A stretch of DNA of 64,000 bases. It comes from an uncultured Bacilli bacterium (lineage in GTDB: Bacteria; Bacillota_I; Bacilli_A; RFN20; CAG-826). Of the stretch, positions 19,284-30,037 are shown in pieces. The notes under the pieces are model-generated. The model was given only the letters and a program-made list of their open reading frames with translations, made no database searches and was not told where the DNA came from. The DNA lies in assembly GCA_934699525.1 (NCBI GenBank), contig CAKUWP010000001.1, forward strand, positions 61,140 to 125,139, read 5' to 3'. Every line of letters starts with the position of its first letter. Positions within the stretch are counted from its first letter, which is position 1. The position numbers and the translations under genes were made by a program.

Positions 19284-20402
19284 TTATTTCTTAAGAATTT
19301 CTTCGCTTAAATCCAGGGCGGCTTTAATCGCGTCGTCCATATCAAAATAACGGTATAAACCTAGGCGTCCAGCCAGATAAAAGGGCTTGGATTCCTTTTT
19401 TGTTTTTTCTACGTACAAGGAATAAAGTTTGGCGTTTTTCTCATCCAAAATGGGATAGCAGGCATTCGCCCCTTCTTTATATTCGCTTGGATATTCGTAA
19501 GTCAAATAAGTCGATGTGGTATTGGGGCATTCTGGATCAAAGTGGCGATGCTCCGTAATACGGGTATATGGAACGTCGCGATCCGTGTAATTCACCACGG
19601 CATTGGATTGAAAATCAGGCTGATTCAAACGCACAATGTCAAAACGAAGGGAACGGTACTCGAGCCTTCCCAGTTCGCACCCATAAAGTTCATCGACCAT
19701 CCCCGTGTAGATAATCGCATCTGCTAAAGCGTCCCACTTCTTTCTTTCTTTGTTATAGGGGGTAGACAAAACCACGTCGATTCCCTTTAGAAGATTTTCC
19801 ACCAAAACGGAGAAGCCCCCTTTTACCTCGGCACTATAGGTATCGGTGAAATAGTTATTGTTATAAGTAAAACGAAGGGGAAGGCGCTTAATGATGGAAG
19901 GAGATAATTCCGTGCAGGGACGGCCCCATTGCTTTTCGGTATACCCTTTTACAAGCTTTTCGTAAATGGTTCTTCCGACCAATGCGATCGCCTGTTCTTC
20001 TAAATTGGAGGGGGACGTCACGTTTTCTTTGGCTTTTTCCTCTTCGATTTTCTTTCTAGCCTCTTCTCCCGTTTTTGTTCCCCAAAGTGCATAAAAGGTA
20101 TTCATGTTGAAGGGCATGTGATACAGATCGCCTTTATAGCAGGCTAGAGGAGCATTAATAAAGGAATAGAAGGAAGCATATCGATTCACGTATTTCCAAA
20201 CCTCCTCCATCGAAGTATGAAAGATATGAGGGCCGTAATTATGAACGACAATGCCTTCGCGAAGAGAAGTGGCCACTTGTCCTCCAATTCGATCTTTTTG
20301 TTCAACGACTAATACCGAACGCCCGGCATTACTTAATTGCCTCGCCAAAACCGCGCCGCTAAGTCCAGCGCCGACAATCAAAAAATCATAATGGGATTTC
20401 AT
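19284..20402 (-). CDS. glf: UDP-galactopyranose mutase
   Basis: FAD-binding N-terminus DFLIVGAGLSGAVLA and strong overall similarity to Glf. Confidence 0.9.
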   Translation of the reverse strand: MKSHYDFLIVGAGLSGAVLARQLSNAGRSVLVVEQKDRIGGQVATSLREGIVVHNYGPHIFHTSMEEVWKYVNRYASFYSFINAPLACYKGDLYHMPFNMNTFYALWGTKTGEEARKKIEEEKAKENVTSPSNLEEQAIALVGRTIYEKLVKGYTEKQWGRPCTELSPSIIKRLPLRFTYNNNYFTDTYSAEVKGGFSVLVENLLKGIDVVLSTPYNKERKKWDALADAIIYTGMVDELYGCELGRLEYRSLRFDIVRLNQPDFQSNAVVNYTDRDVPYTRITEHRHFDPECPNTTSTYLTYEYPSEYKEGANACYPILDEKNAKLYSLYVEKTKKESKPFYLAGRLGLYRYFDMDDAIKAALDLSEEILKK

Positions 20403-20463
20403 GGGGTAATTATGCCACGGGTCAAAGACAAACCAAAATCAAAAGAGGACGATAAAACTTGCT

Positions 20464-21813
20464 TTAATCGAGGTTCGGTTTAAAGTCCTTCAGCCATCGT
20501 TTTAAAAGGAAGGCACAAAAATAAGGGAGGGTATAAACCCTTTCGCTATATCCAATGTTATTTGCGGATAATTTTATGCCAAATGCAATGTCAGGATATT
20601 TGTTCGAGGAAATCAATGTTTGCAAGGATTTCGATTTTCCTGCATTGGCCTTTGCCTCTACGGGCACCAAGTGGTCCATCGTGCGAAGGAAGAAATCTTC
20701 TTCTAACGTTCCGTCCCCTCGTTTGTAATAGTAAAGTTGATAACCGGATTTCACCAAAGCCTCCCCCACGAAATTTTCGTAAAGCGCCCCTTTATAAACG
20801 CCAAGATTTTTGTTCGCGCGCAAATCTTCTTGGGATTCGTTATCCAACAAGGAAACAAGGAGGCCGGTGTCGGCAAAATAAAGTTTGTATTTGTCGTAGA
20901 CACAATTGCCCGACAAAGGGAGTTCTGGAAAATTCAAGCAATAACAGGCGTTGACAATTCCCGCGTCCACTAGCCATTCCACACAATCGCGGTAATCACG
21001 GAAATTAGCCCCCTGTGCCACCTTAGACACTTGGAACTTCTTATTTTCTTTTGCTAATTGGGAAGGGATGCTATTAAAGACATTCAAAATGCGAGTTTGG
21101 TCTAAACCGGATGCATACTTGCGGATATCCTCTCGATAATCGGCAATCAGTTGACGCTGCAAGTCAAGCGACCCCTCGAAACTTCCTTTTTCAATATAAT
21201 TCCGTACAACAATTGGCATTCCACCCAGCACGGAATAATCCAGGAAAAGAGACTGGAGAACCGACATATCTAACGAGCTAAATGGCTTGAGGTCGCGCAT
21301 ATGCATAAGCATGTCGTTCACAAGATCTTCGTTATATCCTTTAGCCCAAAGGAATTCTTCGAAATCCATGGACAGCATTTCGTAATCGTACTTATAACCT
21401 ACACTATTGCTTTCAATTCTTTTATAGCTAACCCCAAGCAAGGAGCCGCTGCAGATAACGTCAAATCGTCCATCTTCCTTAAAGAACTTTAAGGAGGTGG
21501 CAATCTCCGGAAATTCGGTGATTTCGTCGAAAAAGATTAAAGTTTTCCCATCAATAAATTTCTTGGAAGGATCTAAAAAGGAGATATTTTTAACAATCGA
21601 GGACGCCGAGTAGCCGTCATCAATAATTCGTTTGTATTTGGCCTCGCTTACGAAATTGATTTCGATGAAACTCTCATAACCAGCGGCTTGAGCAAAATGA
21701 CGAATGGATTCCGTCTTTCCGATTTGACGGCTTCCTTTGACAATGAGGGGTAGCCGATTGGGATTCTCTCTCCACTTCATGAGAAAATCATCAATCTTGC
21801 GCTTCAAATACAT
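20464..21813 (-). CDS. AAA-family ATPase of unknown function (DUF4143-type C-terminal domain)
   Basis: P-loop KGSRQIGKTE, Walker B IFFDEI; architecture typical of the widespread orphan ATPase family; AGGAGGG RBS. Confidence 0.75.
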   Translation of the reverse strand: MYLKRKIDDFLMKWRENPNRLPLIVKGSRQIGKTESIRHFAQAAGYESFIEINFVSEAKYKRIIDDGYSASSIVKNISFLDPSKKFIDGKTLIFFDEITEFPEIATSLKFFKEDGRFDVICSGSLLGVSYKRIESNSVGYKYDYEMLSMDFEEFLWAKGYNEDLVNDMLMHMRDLKPFSSLDMSVLQSLFLDYSVLGGMPIVVRNYIEKGSFEGSLDLQRQLIADYREDIRKYASGLDQTRILNVFNSIPSQLAKENKKFQVSKVAQGANFRDYRDCVEWLVDAGIVNACYCLNFPELPLSGNCVYDKYKLYFADTGLLVSLLDNESQEDLRANKNLGVYKGALYENFVGEALVKSGYQLYYYKRGDGTLEEDFFLRTMDHLVPVEAKANAGKSKSLQTLISSNKYPDIAFGIKLSANNIGYSERVYTLPYFCAFLLKRWLKDFKPNLD

Positions 21814-21871
21814 TTCTCATCCCTCCTTTATTAAAAAAATAGTAATAAGAACATCCATCTTTTGCAAGGAG

Positions 21872-21955
21872 TTGCATATTTTTAGAGCCAATTAGTGTTC
21901 AAAATTGCATATTTTTAGAGCCAATCCACACCTTCGTTTGCATATTTTTAGAGCG
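21872..21955. repeat. three direct repeats of TTGCATATTTTTAGAGC(C/G) at exact 33-bp spacing (21872, 21905, 21938)
   Basis: Read directly; repeats abut a putative promoter TTGCAA-17-TACTAT (minus strand, ~21835-21868) for the AAA ATPase gene. Confidence 0.8.
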
Positions 21956-21983
21956 TATCCTGGATTAAGCCTCTTATTCCTAT

Positions 21984-22013
21984 AAACGAAAAGATGGGCG
22001 AAATGCCCATCTT
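21984..22013 (-). terminator. Rho-independent terminator after rhaA
   Basis: Perfect 9-bp stem AAGATGGGC-gaaat-GCCCATCTT followed by T-rich tract on the minus strand. Confidence 0.65.
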
Positions 22014-22030
22014 ATCGAATGTTTTTTGAA

Positions 22031-23278
22031 TTATCTTTTGGAAAGAACTTCTTCTTCGTATTGGTGAAGCGGGGTGAAGTAATCTTCTTCAAGTCCTTGG
22101 CGGGTCAAATATTCGGAATAAACCGCGTCGAAGGGAAGCATTTTCGCGTGCTCTTGGAGATAGAGGAGCTTGCTGAATTCCGCGTTGTCTTGGAGTTTCT
22201 TCATTTCTTCGTTAGGAAGCAAAGCGGCGTAGAGAAGAGCCTTCTCCATGGAACGTTCGCCGGTAATCCAAGCCACAAGGCGGTTGATGGAAGCATCGAA
22301 ATAGTCGAGTCCGATGATGACTTTGTCTTCTGCGTGGTTACGGATGATTTCCTTGGCCACTTCCTTGAGTTCATCATCGAAGATCACGACATGGTCGGAG
22401 TCCCAACGCACCGGACGGGAGACGTGGAGGGCGAGTTTATCATAGAAGCAAAGGAGAGAAGAAATCTTTTCCGAGACCACTTCGGTGGGGTGATAATGGC
22501 CCATATCCATAAGGCAGAGGATGCCTTTTTTGGCCGCATAGTTCTGGTAGAATTCGTTGGAGCCAACCGTGAAGGATTCTAGTCCAATGCCGAAGACTTT
22601 GCTTTCGACGGCGATGGTGACAAACTTACGGTCATAGCCCGGCCAATCGATGATTTCATCCAAGGATTTTTTGAGTCTTTGACGGGGGCCAAGACGATCC
22701 GCGGGAACATCCTTATATCCATCGGGGATCCAGATATTCACGAAGCAGGGCTTGCCGAAGGCTTTGCCAAGTTCGCTGGCGATTTCAAGGCTACGACGAC
22801 CGTGTTCCACCCAGAATTTGCGGGTTTCTTCGTCGGGGGAAGAAAGGGTGAGGTTATCTTTGACGCGGGGATGGCCAAAGAAAGTCGGGTTGAAGTCAAT
22901 GCCATCCAAACCGATTTTCTTCACAAAATCCACCCAGGGTTTGAAATATTTAAAGGTATAGGCATCGCGGTCCACCTTGCCTTCATCTTCGCCTAAAATC
23001 GCGTAGCAGGCGTGAAGGTTCAAACGCTTCTTACCCGGCATAAACGAGAACGATTTCTCGATATCCGCCATCAGTTCTTCCGGGGTGCGGGCACGTCCAG
23101 GGTAATTGCCGGTAGTTTGAATACCACCAGAAAGGGATTTCATTCCTTCAAAACCCAAAACGTCATCGCCTTGCCAGCAATGGACGGAGATGGGAATGTT
23201 TTTCACTTTGTTGAGCGCTTCTTCGACATCCACACCATTTTGGGCATAGATGATCTTTGCTTCTTCGAAACGGGTCAT
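22031..23278 (-). CDS. rhaA: L-rhamnose isomerase
   Basis: N-terminus ...VEEALNKVKNIPISVHCWQGDDV matches RhaA signature; 415 aa; GAAGGAGAAA RBS. Confidence 0.9.
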   Translation of the reverse strand: MTRFEEAKIIYAQNGVDVEEALNKVKNIPISVHCWQGDDVLGFEGMKSLSGGIQTTGNYPGRARTPEELMADIEKSFSFMPGKKRLNLHACYAILGEDEGKVDRDAYTFKYFKPWVDFVKKIGLDGIDFNPTFFGHPRVKDNLTLSSPDEETRKFWVEHGRRSLEIASELGKAFGKPCFVNIWIPDGYKDVPADRLGPRQRLKKSLDEIIDWPGYDRKFVTIAVESKVFGIGLESFTVGSNEFYQNYAAKKGILCLMDMGHYHPTEVVSEKISSLLCFYDKLALHVSRPVRWDSDHVVIFDDELKEVAKEIIRNHAEDKVIIGLDYFDASINRLVAWITGERSMEKALLYAALLPNEEMKKLQDNAEFSKLLYLQEHAKMLPFDAVYSEYLTRQGLEEDYFTPLHQYEEEVLSKR

Positions 23279-23406
23279 AATTTCTCCTTCAAAACGCCCT
23301 CTAAAGAGGGCTAAGGATATTGTACCTTTGACTGCTCAAAGTTGGCAACGCGTTGCTCAACTTGTGCAAGGTGGGAGGCGTTTATGACTAACTCGCGCAA
23401 AAAGGG

Positions 23407-24894
23407 TTATTTGGAATGATAGAGTTTTTTGGAGTCGTAAACCGGTTCGCAGGTCAAATCAACGCCTAGTTTACGCAGGGTATCCGCGTCCGTTTCCGAA
23501 AGGATGACGCTGCTATGGGCTTGAGCTCCGCGAAGTTTGGGGAGTTGTTTCATGACAAGATCCGCTAAGGGGTTCGTGATTGCGGAAATCGCAAGGGTCA
23601 CCAAAAGCTCGCTGATATGAAGGCGGGGGTTATGACCGTGCAAGGCATCCGTTTTTAATGCGCATACCGGTTCTAGAATCGCTGCAGGCAAAACCAAAAC
23701 GCCATCGCCAATTCCGGCAAGGGACTTTAAGGCGTTAAGAAGCATGGCTCCGGCCGGGCCCAACAAGGAACTAGTTTTGCCGGTGAAGATTGTGCCATTA
23801 TTAAGTTCAATCGCGCAGGCGGGTCTCCCCGTTTTGGCGGCACGTTCTTTCGCAGGGGCGACGCAAGCGCGTTCGTCCACTTCAATTCCGTTTGCCTTCA
23901 TGATGGAAAGAATTTTGGCTGGAACGTTTTCTTCCACTTTCCCGCGTTGAAGATCCACCAAGGAACGAAGGTAACGACGGATGATTTCCTGACGGGCCGC
24001 TTCTCGGCAAATTGCATCATCAGAAATGCAATATCCCGCCATGTTAACGCCCATATCCGTGGGAGATTGGTACGGGGATTTGCCAAAAATCTTGGTAAAC
24101 AAGTGATTCAAAACCGGGAAATTTTCGATATCGCGGTTGTAGTTGACCGTCGACATCCCATAGGCTTCTAAATGGTAGGGGTCGATCATGTTGACGTCGT
24201 TAAGATCCGCCGTCGCGGCTTCATAAGCCAAATTGACGGGGTGCTTTAAAGGCAAATTCCAAATCGGGAACGTCTCAAACTTGGCATAGCCCGATTTCAC
24301 GCCGCGAAGATTATCTTGGTAAAGTTGGGAAATGCAGGTCGCCATTTTTCCGCTTCCCGGTCCCGGGGCAGTCACGACAACCAACGGGCGGGTGGTTTCA
24401 ATGTAATCATTCTTCCCTAACCCATCATCGCTGACGATATGATCCACGGCAAAGGGGTAGTCAGGGATATCATAAAGGTGATAGGTCTTCACGCCTTGTT
24501 TGGCCAAGAAGCGCTCAAAGCTCTTCGCCGCTTTTTGGCCTTTGTAGCGCGTTAAGCAAACCGAGCCAACATATAAACCCGCCGCGCGAAAGGCGTCGAT
24601 CAAGCGAAGGACGTCTTGGTTATAGGTAATGCCTAAATCTTCGCGGACTTTGCCAGAAGCAATCGCCTCCGCGTTAATGGAGATGACGATTTCGGCACTT
24701 TCTTTCATCCGAAGGAGCAACTGGAGTTTGGCATCGGGCTTAAACCCCGGCAAAACGCGAGAAGCATGATAATCATCGAAGAGCTTGCCACCGAATTCGA
24801 GATAAAGTTTGCCACCAAATTGGGCAATGCGTTCCTCAATTCGGCTCGATTGCATTGCAAAATATTTTTCACAGTCAAAACCAATCTTATCCAT
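23407..24894 (-). CDS. DUF1846 (UPF0371) family protein
   Basis: ~495-aa protein beginning MDKIGFDCEKYFAMQ, characteristic of the UPF0371 family; AAGGAG RBS before this ATG. Confidence 0.7.
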   Translation of the reverse strand: MDKIGFDCEKYFAMQSSRIEERIAQFGGKLYLEFGGKLFDDYHASRVLPGFKPDAKLQLLLRMKESAEIVISINAEAIASGKVREDLGITYNQDVLRLIDAFRAAGLYVGSVCLTRYKGQKAAKSFERFLAKQGVKTYHLYDIPDYPFAVDHIVSDDGLGKNDYIETTRPLVVVTAPGPGSGKMATCISQLYQDNLRGVKSGYAKFETFPIWNLPLKHPVNLAYEAATADLNDVNMIDPYHLEAYGMSTVNYNRDIENFPVLNHLFTKIFGKSPYQSPTDMGVNMAGYCISDDAICREAARQEIIRRYLRSLVDLQRGKVEENVPAKILSIMKANGIEVDERACVAPAKERAAKTGRPACAIELNNGTIFTGKTSSLLGPAGAMLLNALKSLAGIGDGVLVLPAAILEPVCALKTDALHGHNPRLHISELLVTLAISAITNPLADLVMKQLPKLRGAQAHSSVILSETDADTLRKLGVDLTCEPVYDSKKLYHSK

Positions 24895-25000
24895 AAGCGG
24901 CTCCTTATCACTCACAGCCTTTTAGTATAAGGGTTTCGTCCCATTTTGAGGATGATAAAAATTCCTGCGCGCGAATTTTGGCCAATTTTCGAAACAAAAA

Positions 25001-26413
25001 TCAGTTATCTTCCAACGTCTTGTCATCAAACATCGCCGCATGCTGTTTCAAGAAGCTGAAGAAAAGAATCAAAGCGATTAAGAAACAAACGAAGTCGGCG
25101 ATGGGAGTGGCCCCCACAATGCCGAACATGGAGATTTCGCTGGGCAATCCGCAGAAAAAGAGAACGAACATGACAGGGATATCCAAAATGCCTTTACGGA
25201 GCAAGGCAAGCAACAAACTTCTGCCGCCTTTTCCTACAGCCTGGAAGAAGGAAATGATCGAATAGGCAACCGCGGAGAAGGGAGCACCCACGGAAAGAAT
25301 GCGCAGGAACTTCGTCCCATAGGGTAGGGCGGGGTTCGTCGGATCGTTTAAGAAGATGCGGAGCAAAGCCGTTGGGAAAATGAAATTGATGAGGAAGCAA
25401 ACGATGGCGATGGTGGCTGAGACCCCGGTAGAAAGGTAGACCGCTTTCTTCATGCGGTGATGATCCCCACTCGTCGCGTTATACCCAATTAACGGCAAGA
25501 CGCCTTGGGCCATGCCACGAACCACGCTATGGGCGACCATGTTGACCTTTTTGGCCGCGCCGATTCCCGTTTGGGCGCTTAAGCCAAAGGACGACATCAT
25601 CTTATCCAAAATCGCATAGGAGATATTCTCGCAAAGGGTCATAAGGCAAGCGGGCAAGCCTACAAGTATGATGTCCACGGGGATATGACGTTGAAACATG
25701 GCCTTGCTCGGGACAAGGGTAAAAAGGATCTTCTTTCTTTTGATGATCAAAAGTACGACGTAATAAAGAAGAGCGATGACGTTGCTTAATCCCGTGGCCA
25801 AGCCCGCGCCCAAAACGACGTTTTCTTTTCCAAGAATCACAAACATGAACAAAGGATCAAAGGCGACGTTCAGGATACCGCCTAAAACAACGCCTAAGGA
25901 AGCGTGAAAACTCATCCCGTGAGCGCGGAGCAAATGAGCCAATGTGTTATTTAAAATGGTGGGGACACCGCAGAAAACGATGCAAATATAAAGGTATTTC
26001 ACCGCATTTGCGTGAACCTCGGGATCGGTTCCACCCAGCAAATCAATAAACCCATCCGCGAAGAAAAGGCAAAGCAAGCAATAAACTGCGCCAACGACCA
26101 AAGACCCATAAATAGAAAAAGCGAAGGCATGCTTGGCTTTCTCCGGAATCCCAGCCCCAATGCTACGGGAAATCAAACTAGCAGCGCCCACGCCAAACAA
26201 ATTGGCAATCGCGCTTAAAAACATGTAGGCGGGCATGACAACTGTCACAGCCGTTAACATCGCGTTATTATTGGCGAGCCCGACGAAAAAAGTATCCGCG
26301 AGGTTATATAAAACCAAAATCAATTGGCCAAGAACGGAAGGCACGGCCAAAGAGAGGATGGCAAACCAAATCGGTTTGTTGGCAAATAAATCGCGTTCTT
26401 TGTCGTTCTTCAT
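25001..26413 (-). CDS. MATE-family efflux transporter
   Basis: 12-TM profile, N-terminal LAVPSVLGQLILVLYNLADTFFVG motif; AAAGGAGGGGG RBS before MKNDKE. Confidence 0.85.
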   Translation of the reverse strand: MKNDKERDLFANKPIWFAILSLAVPSVLGQLILVLYNLADTFFVGLANNNAMLTAVTVVMPAYMFLSAIANLFGVGAASLISRSIGAGIPEKAKHAFAFSIYGSLVVGAVYCLLCLFFADGFIDLLGGTDPEVHANAVKYLYICIVFCGVPTILNNTLAHLLRAHGMSFHASLGVVLGGILNVAFDPLFMFVILGKENVVLGAGLATGLSNVIALLYYVVLLIIKRKKILFTLVPSKAMFQRHIPVDIILVGLPACLMTLCENISYAILDKMMSSFGLSAQTGIGAAKKVNMVAHSVVRGMAQGVLPLIGYNATSGDHHRMKKAVYLSTGVSATIAIVCFLINFIFPTALLRIFLNDPTNPALPYGTKFLRILSVGAPFSAVAYSIISFFQAVGKGGRSLLLALLRKGILDIPVMFVLFFCGLPSEISMFGIVGATPIADFVCFLIALILFFSFLKQHAAMFDDKTLEDN

Positions 26414-26534
26414 GTTAAAACCCCCTCCTTTTGACATGGCTTTGACGTCACTAGGAGGTATCATAGGCAAATCCAACAAAAAGAAACTTTATTGTTTTCT
26501 AGGGTTCCATAAGTTTTTGTTATATCATAGAGTC

Positions 26535-27431
26535 ATGATCGACAATAAACTCTTAACCCTTTTATCCGTCGCGGAGAATAAAACCTACACCGCCGCGGCC
26601 AAAGCGCTCAACTTGACGCAACCCGCCATCTCCCAACACATCCGTTTGTTGGAACAAGAATATGGAATCCGGATTTTTGTTCGCGTGGGCAACGAAGCCG
26701 TTCCCACCGATGACGGGGCGATTTTGATTAAATACGCGCGCCGTATCCAATCCCTTTATGGCGACATGGAACGGAAAATCGCCGATAACAAAAAGCACGC
26801 GAAGTCGTTGGTCGTTGGAATTACCCATACTTCCGAGTCCAACATCATCCCGGAAGTCCTCGCGGATTATTCGACGATGCGCAAGGGTTCTCATATAAGC
26901 ATTATTTCTGACTCTATAAGAAACCTTTATGATAAATTATCCACTTACGAAATTGATTTAGCAGTCGTGGAAGGCAAAGTCCCTAGCCGTAAATTCTCTT
27001 CCGTTCTTTTGGATACCGATTCGCTTGTTGCCGTTATGTCCAATTCCAATCCCTTGGCGAAGAAAAAAATCCTAACGGTGGAAGACATCAAAAAAGAACG
27101 GATGATCGTCCGTTCTTCTACTTCCGGGACCAGCAGCCTTTTCTACGCGGAGCTAGAAGCCGAGCATATCGCGATCGACGACTTCAATATCATCCTTGAA
27201 ATCGACGCCGTATCCACGATTAAAGCCTTGGTCCAAAAAGACCTTGGTATTTCCGTTCTCCCTAAATCCGCTTGCTACGAGGAATTAAGAGCTCACACCT
27301 TAACGGTCCGTCCCATCGAAAACCTCAATATGATTCGCGAATTGTCTTTGGTTTTCCTCAAAGATTTTGTCGACCCCGAACTTCTTGAAGACCTAACCTC
27401 CCTTTATCACCAAAAGGCCCAAACCCTTTGA
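26535..27431 (+). CDS. LysR-family transcriptional regulator
   Basis: N-terminal HTH LLTLLSVAENKTYTAAAKALNLTQPAISQHIRLLEQEYGIRIF; divergent from MATE gene. Confidence 0.85.
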   Translation: MIDNKLLTLLSVAENKTYTAAAKALNLTQPAISQHIRLLEQEYGIRIFVRVGNEAVPTDDGAILIKYARRIQSLYGDMERKIADNKKHAKSLVVGITHTSESNIIPEVLADYSTMRKGSHISIISDSIRNLYDKLSTYEIDLAVVEGKVPSRKFSSVLLDTDSLVAVMSNSNPLAKKKILTVEDIKKERMIVRSSTSGTSSLFYAELEAEHIAIDDFNIILEIDAVSTIKALVQKDLGISVLPKSACYEELRAHTLTVRPIENLNMIRELSLVFLKDFVDPELLEDLTSLYHQKAQTL

Positions 27432-27432
27432 T

Positions 27433-30027
27433 TTAGGCGATTTTGGCGGAATATCCAGCTTCTTCTACCGCATGAACGAGCGTTTCGTCCGATACTTCTT
27501 CTTTTAAAGTGACGACGGCTTCCTTTTTAGCAAGGGACACTTCGGTTTTTTCTACGCCCTTCACCCCTTCAAGAGCTTTTTTAACGTGGGCGACGCAATG
27601 CTCGCACATCATTCCTTCGACTTGAATTCTTTTTTCCATTTTATTTTCCTCCTTCAAGTTTTGATTGTTTAATCCGTTATGGCTAAGCCATTGCTCGAGT
27701 TCTTTTTCTCTAGAAAGGTGGCGTTTCCCCTTCTTTTTCAGACGGAATGCATTGATCCGTAAAGCATTGAGACAAACCGTAGTAGAGGATAACGCCATCG
27801 CGGCCGCCCCGTACCAAGGTTTTAACTTGGCTAATCCAACCCCGGAGAAAACCCCCGCGGCAATAGGAATCATCAATAGATTATAGAAGAACGCCCAGAA
27901 GAGGTTCTCCTTGATGTTAAGCATCGTGTAACGAGATAAGTCCAGCACGTAGACCAAATCCATCAATGACCCCTTCATGAGTACGACGTCCGCCGAATCA
28001 ATCGCGATATCCGCTCCCGCTCCGATTGCAACCCCGATATCTGCTTTGGTTAAGGCGGGGGCATCGTTAATGCCATCCCCCACCATGATGACTTTTCCTT
28101 TTTCTTGGAGCTTAGAAATGAAATTCAATTTATCTTGAGGCAATAAGTCGGAAGCATAATGACGAATTCCAGCTTCCTTTGCTAATGCGTCGACGGATAA
28201 GGCGTTGTCTCCGCTTAAAATCACGGGGATATAATCGCGATTTTTTAAGGCAGCAATCGCTTCTTTGGAGTCTTCTTTGATGGGGTCTGCAAGAGAAAGA
28301 AGACCCACGTACTTCCCTCCTTTTTCAAATAACAAGGGGGTTCGCCCTTTTTGAGACTGGGCTTTGGCCGTTTCTTGAATCGAAGCATTCATCCAAGGTC
28401 GATCCAAGAAAAAGGATAGGTTGGCCCCATAGCAAATTTCTCCCTCCACCTTTCCTTGAATTCCATGTCCTGGCAAAGCAAGGAAATCCTCGATAGAAGG
28501 AATTTGGTCAATCTTCTTATTATTTCCATATTCCCTCACGGCTTTGGCAAGGGGGTGTTCGGAACGGGATTCCAAGGCGCAGGCAAGTTTTATCAATTCC
28601 TCTTCTTTAAAATTGGAGGCGGGAAGTACTTCGACGACGCTCGGTTTCCCCTGCGTAATCGTGCCCGTTTTATCTAGCACCACAAAGGAAGCCTTACCTG
28701 TTTCTTCTAACGAAGATGCATTTTTAAAGAGGATGCCGTTTTTGGCTCCTTTGCCACTTCCTACCATAATAGCAACCGGAGTGGCTAATCCTAGCGCACA
28801 CGGGCAAGCGACGACTAACACCGAAATCGCGCGGGAGAGGGCGTAGCTTAATGGGGTTTCATAGGCTAAACCCGAAACGAAATTCTTTCCAAAAAGAAGC
28901 CACCCCAAAAACGTAAGCGTGGCAATCCCTAGTACCGTCGGGACGAAAATACCCGATACCTTATCGGCAAGAAGAGAAATCTTGGTTTTGCTCGACGCGG
29001 CATTTTCTACCATATCCACGATTTGGCTTAAGGTCGTGTCTTTACCCACGCGTTTGGCTAGGCATACCAATGCTCCATATTGATTGATCGTAGACGCGGA
29101 TACAAAATCCCCTTCTTTTTTATCTACGGGCATCGCTTCTCCACTTAAGGCGGATTCATCGACGCTCGATTGCCCTTCTAAAATCGTTCCATCCGCGGGG
29201 AAAGCTTCCCCGGGGCGAACTACGAAACGATCGCCTAAAACAAGTTGATCGGCAGGAATCGTCTCTTCCTGTCCATTACGAAGAACGTGGGCCGTTTGGG
29301 GGGCGAGTTCCAACAACGAACGAATCGCATTCGTTGTTTTTCCCTTGGAATAGGATTCTAAGAACTTGCCAATGGTAATAAGGCAAGGAACCATCCCCGA
29401 AGTTTCAAAAGTGAGGTTCATCCCTGCTTTCATGACTCCATCCCAGTCCACGGGGTTGCTTCCTTGTTGAAGATAGGAAGCCATGACAAACATCATAGCC
29501 ACCCCATAGATAAAGGCGACCCCCGACCCTAAAGAAACAAGGGTATCCATGTTGGGACCCCCGTGAATCAAGCTTTTAAATCCCGAGACAAAGAAGGCGT
29601 GGTTGATTAGCATAATCGCCGCGGATAGAAGCATTTCCAGCAAACCAAGATAAAAATAATTCTCGCCGAAAACGCCTGTGTTCCACCCCATCATGGAACC
29701 CATGGCAAAATAAAACAGGGGAACAAGCAAGACGAAGCTAGCAAGAAAACGAATCAGCAATCGCTTGGTTTCTTTGTTTTCATGCCCATCCTTTTTAGGG
29801 AAAGGCACATCTTGAGAGCCGACGCGTTTAGCCCCATATCCCGCCTTTTCTACCGCTTCCACGATTTGGATATCTTCCACCCCTTCTTCTTTTTGCAGGG
29901 TCATGGAATTCGTCAAAAGGTTGACGCTCACTTCGCGGACTCCCTTTAAGGCAGAGACGGCTTTATGGACATGGGCGGAGCAGGCGGCGCAGCTCATGCC
30001 CGTGATATCAAATTTTTCTTCTTCCAT
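27433..30027 (-). CDS. copA: copper-translocating P-type ATPase with N- and C-terminal heavy-metal-associated domains
   Basis: GMSCAACSAHV (N-HMA), CPC motif VVACPCALGLATP, DKTGTIT, GDGINDAP, C-terminal GMMCEHCVAHV. Confidence 0.9.
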   Translation of the reverse strand: MEEEKFDITGMSCAACSAHVHKAVSALKGVREVSVNLLTNSMTLQKEEGVEDIQIVEAVEKAGYGAKRVGSQDVPFPKKDGHENKETKRLLIRFLASFVLLVPLFYFAMGSMMGWNTGVFGENYFYLGLLEMLLSAAIMLINHAFFVSGFKSLIHGGPNMDTLVSLGSGVAFIYGVAMMFVMASYLQQGSNPVDWDGVMKAGMNLTFETSGMVPCLITIGKFLESYSKGKTTNAIRSLLELAPQTAHVLRNGQEETIPADQLVLGDRFVVRPGEAFPADGTILEGQSSVDESALSGEAMPVDKKEGDFVSASTINQYGALVCLAKRVGKDTTLSQIVDMVENAASSKTKISLLADKVSGIFVPTVLGIATLTFLGWLLFGKNFVSGLAYETPLSYALSRAISVLVVACPCALGLATPVAIMVGSGKGAKNGILFKNASSLEETGKASFVVLDKTGTITQGKPSVVEVLPASNFKEEELIKLACALESRSEHPLAKAVREYGNNKKIDQIPSIEDFLALPGHGIQGKVEGEICYGANLSFFLDRPWMNASIQETAKAQSQKGRTPLLFEKGGKYVGLLSLADPIKEDSKEAIAALKNRDYIPVILSGDNALSVDALAKEAGIRHYASDLLPQDKLNFISKLQEKGKVIMVGDGINDAPALTKADIGVAIGAGADIAIDSADVVLMKGSLMDLVYVLDLSRYTMLNIKENLFWAFFYNLLMIPIAAGVFSGVGLAKLKPWYGAAAMALSSTTVCLNALRINAFRLKKKGKRHLSREKELEQWLSHNGLNNQNLKEENKMEKRIQVEGMMCEHCVAHVKKALEGVKGVEKTEVSLAKKEAVVTLKEEVSDETLVHAVEEAGYSAKIA

Positions 30028-30037
30028 TTAAAGACCT

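Noticed and set aside
21872-21955. Possible mini-CRISPR array
   Set aside because: Only three 17-19-bp repeats with 14-15-bp spacers and no cas genes; better explained as phased regulator-binding sites.
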